Shown here one piece after another: positions 62,035 to 64,000 of a DNA stretch of 64,000 bases (positions are counted from its first letter, which is position 1; every line of letters begins with the position of its first letter). The translations under genes and the position numbers were made by a program. Source of the DNA: Laspinema palackyanum D2a (lineage in GTDB: Bacteria; Cyanobacteriota; Cyanobacteriia; Cyanobacteriales; Laspinemataceae); NCBI RefSeq assembly GCF_025370845.1, contig NZ_JAMXFF010000042.1; one strand, written 5' to 3'. The notes beneath the pieces are model-generated. The model was not told the origin of the DNA, did not search any database, and saw only the letters and a list, made by a program, of their open reading frames with translations.

Positions 62035-62240
62035 TAACGACTTCAGTCGTTATCTTTCTTCGTTCGTAGTAACGACTTCAGTCGTTATCTTGTCTTAGTT
62101 CGTAGTAACGAATTCAGTCGTTATTCTAGCATTTCCGAAGGCGATCGCTCTTTTTTTGCTTCACAGTAATTGCCCGGGATAACGACTGAATTCGTTACTA
62201 CGAACAATCCGGAAACGACTGAAGTCGTTACTACGAACAT
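62030..62240. repeat. Inverted cluster of the GTAACGACTGAAGTCGTTAC hairpin repeat: three minus-orientation copies with 7-11-bp spacers, then two plus-orientation copies
   Basis: gttcgtagtaacgacttcagtcgttatc x3, then gataacgactgaattcgttactacgaacaatccggaaacgactgaagtcgttactacgaac. Confidence 0.85.
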
Positions 62241-62265
62241 GAAGAACAATCAGGTTTTATGGGTT

Positions 62266-63852
62266 TTAAAAACCGATCGCCTTTAGCATGGCGATATGCT
62301 TGTTCAAGGGGGCGATCGTATTGGCAGCGATCGCACCACTGGCAGCAACCGCAGGTAACCCAATGCCGGGAAACGTGGAATCCCCACAACAAAACAACCC
62401 CGATAACGGCGTCGTTGGACCTGGAAAAAAGCCGCTTCCGGCAGCAATAGCAGGACCATAAGAACCCCTGTCCCGACGTAAAAACCGCTCATGAGTCAGA
62501 GGAGTTCCCAACAAACTCACCTCACATCGCTGCCGAATATCCGGAATAATCCGTTCTAATCCTTGCCACATCACCTCCGCCCGTTCTTGCTTCAAATCTT
62601 GATAAGCGGCACTATTGCGCTCAAGTCCCGCCCATAAATGATAGGGTTCATTCCCGGGAGTATAAACATGAATCCCATGCTTTCCCGGTGGTGCGAGGGA
62701 GGGGTCTAACACCGAGGGAATCGAGACTAAAACGACATTTTGCGGGGCCGTTACCCCTTGACTCCAGTCGTTAACAATGATATAATGACAGGCTAAATCT
62801 GTTGGTAATCCAGTAGCATCAATGCCGAGGTGGAGGTGCATGAAACTCTCACAAGCGGGAGTGGCTTGACGGCGATCGCGAAACGATTTTGGAACCGCAT
62901 CCTCGGGTAACAATTTCAACGTATCCCACACCGACGCATTGGACACCACCGCTTGACGGGCGTGAATCACCTTCCCTCCCCGCAGACGCACACCAACAGC
63001 GCGATCGCCTTTTACCAGCACTTGTTCTACATGAGCATTCAGGCGCAACCGTCCCCCCTGTTTTTCCAGTCCCCGGACCAAGGCATCTGCGATCGCGCCA
63101 CTGCCGCCAATCGGGTACTCTAGCACCACCCCGGGTCGATACCATTCCGCAAACATAAAGGCCATTTCTGCGGCGCTAGTCCCCGATGCAGGCAGTCCAG
63201 AGAGCAGAAAACAGAGCAAATCCAACCAGTTGCGGATAAACGGGTCCTGAATCACCTCATCCATGATGCGACTAAAGGGCCCGGTGAGTTTGACGATGTT
63301 TCTCAAGTGAGGTAAAACCCCTGGTGCAAAACGTGCCGTGGCGATCGCCGCCCCCCAATCCCAGCGCAAAGCAGTCGGAGGAATCGCCTTCGCTGCTGCC
63401 GCTAACGGTGCCATAACTTGTTGCAACTTCCGCCATTCCTGCACCGCACCCCTGCCTCGCAACGCTTGCAGCACCTCACAAAACGGGTCCGCACCCACCT
63501 CAATATTCAATTCCCCTTCCGGAAGATAACAACCCCAAGTATCATAAGTCAGACAAGGCACCGTCTCCCCGATCGCATCCAACACTTGTTTAAGCGGGTG
63601 AGCAGAGGGAGAGTCAGACAAGCCCGAATGCAACGATGGACCCGAATCAAACGTATAACCATTCCGAGAAAATCCATGTGCTGCACCCCCCGGAATGCTA
63701 TGACTCTCACAAACCGTCACCGCAAACCCATACTGCGCCAATAATGCAGCACAGCACAATCCGCCAATACCACTCCCGATGACCACCACATCGGTGAGTT
63801 CTTCTTCAGATGGGGGAGTGACAGAATCCAAGGGTTGAGAGACAGGAGTCAC
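62266..63852 (-). CDS. FAD-dependent oxidoreductase of the phytoene-desaturase family (carotenoid isomerase CrtH-like)
   Basis: DVVVIGSGIGGLCCAALLAQYGFAVTVCESHSIPGGAAHGFSRNGYTFDSGPSL dinucleotide-binding start. Length 528 aa. Confidence 0.6.
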   Translation of the reverse strand: MTPVSQPLDSVTPPSEEELTDVVVIGSGIGGLCCAALLAQYGFAVTVCESHSIPGGAAHGFSRNGYTFDSGPSLHSGLSDSPSAHPLKQVLDAIGETVPCLTYDTWGCYLPEGELNIEVGADPFCEVLQALRGRGAVQEWRKLQQVMAPLAAAAKAIPPTALRWDWGAAIATARFAPGVLPHLRNIVKLTGPFSRIMDEVIQDPFIRNWLDLLCFLLSGLPASGTSAAEMAFMFAEWYRPGVVLEYPIGGSGAIADALVRGLEKQGGRLRLNAHVEQVLVKGDRAVGVRLRGGKVIHARQAVVSNASVWDTLKLLPEDAVPKSFRDRRQATPACESFMHLHLGIDATGLPTDLACHYIIVNDWSQGVTAPQNVVLVSIPSVLDPSLAPPGKHGIHVYTPGNEPYHLWAGLERNSAAYQDLKQERAEVMWQGLERIIPDIRQRCEVSLLGTPLTHERFLRRDRGSYGPAIAAGSGFFPGPTTPLSGLFCCGDSTFPGIGLPAVAASGAIAANTIAPLNKHIAMLKAIGF

Positions 63853-64000
63853 GGTTGCTTGCTCAGAGATTCAGGACAGGATTTGCCTATGATATCAGGG
63901 AATAGAATGAAAGACATCCTTCATGACTCAATCATCCGTCTGACTTGCGCTAAAGCCTCTTCACCGGAAATGGCCTCAACAGAGCTATTTCGGACCTCCT

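Noticed and set aside
63900-64000. Possible start of a + strand gene running off the window (MKDILHDSIIRLTCAKASSPEMASTELFRTS...)
   Set aside because: Only ~30 codons are visible and there is no recognisable motif. Too little to call.

Overview
This 64 kb window looks like a cyanobacterial chromosome segment. The HIP1 octamer GCGATCGC recurs throughout, and several families of short palindromic repeats are interspersed between genes. About 35 protein-coding genes can be supported. Housekeeping and metabolic genes include rbgA, a GT2-TPR glycosyltransferase, a GNAT acetyltransferase, a fasciclin protein, AdhE, UreC, a class-III aminotransferase, an aldehyde dehydrogenase with a saccharopine-dehydrogenase-like gene, two cation/proton antiporters, two tandem mgtE genes, a WD40 protein, an HDAC-like amidohydrolase, a Xi-class GST and two CrtI-family flavoproteins. 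A signalling cluster carries three hybrid sensor kinases (one with an ethylene-binding-type membrane domain), a CheY-like receiver and a CheC-like phosphatase. The stretch from about 10.2 to 20.9 kb looks accessory. It holds a divergently transcribed STAND/NB-ARC NTPase beside a vWA / PP2C phosphatase / Ser-Thr-kinase-like triad (TerY-P-type). Downstream are toxin-antitoxin remnants: an orphan UPF0175 antitoxin, a decayed higB, an orphan HicB-like gene, and a higA split by an IS1634/IS4-like insertion element with a 6 bp target duplication. Directly after this region is a full-length gene for a eukaryote-like major vault protein (MVP), followed by a secreted glycine-rich protein and a CHAT-domain protease. 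I found no tRNA or rRNA genes and no CRISPR array; the tandem repeats present have no spacers. All calls rest on reading the translated ORFs and the raw sequence by eye, without database searches.
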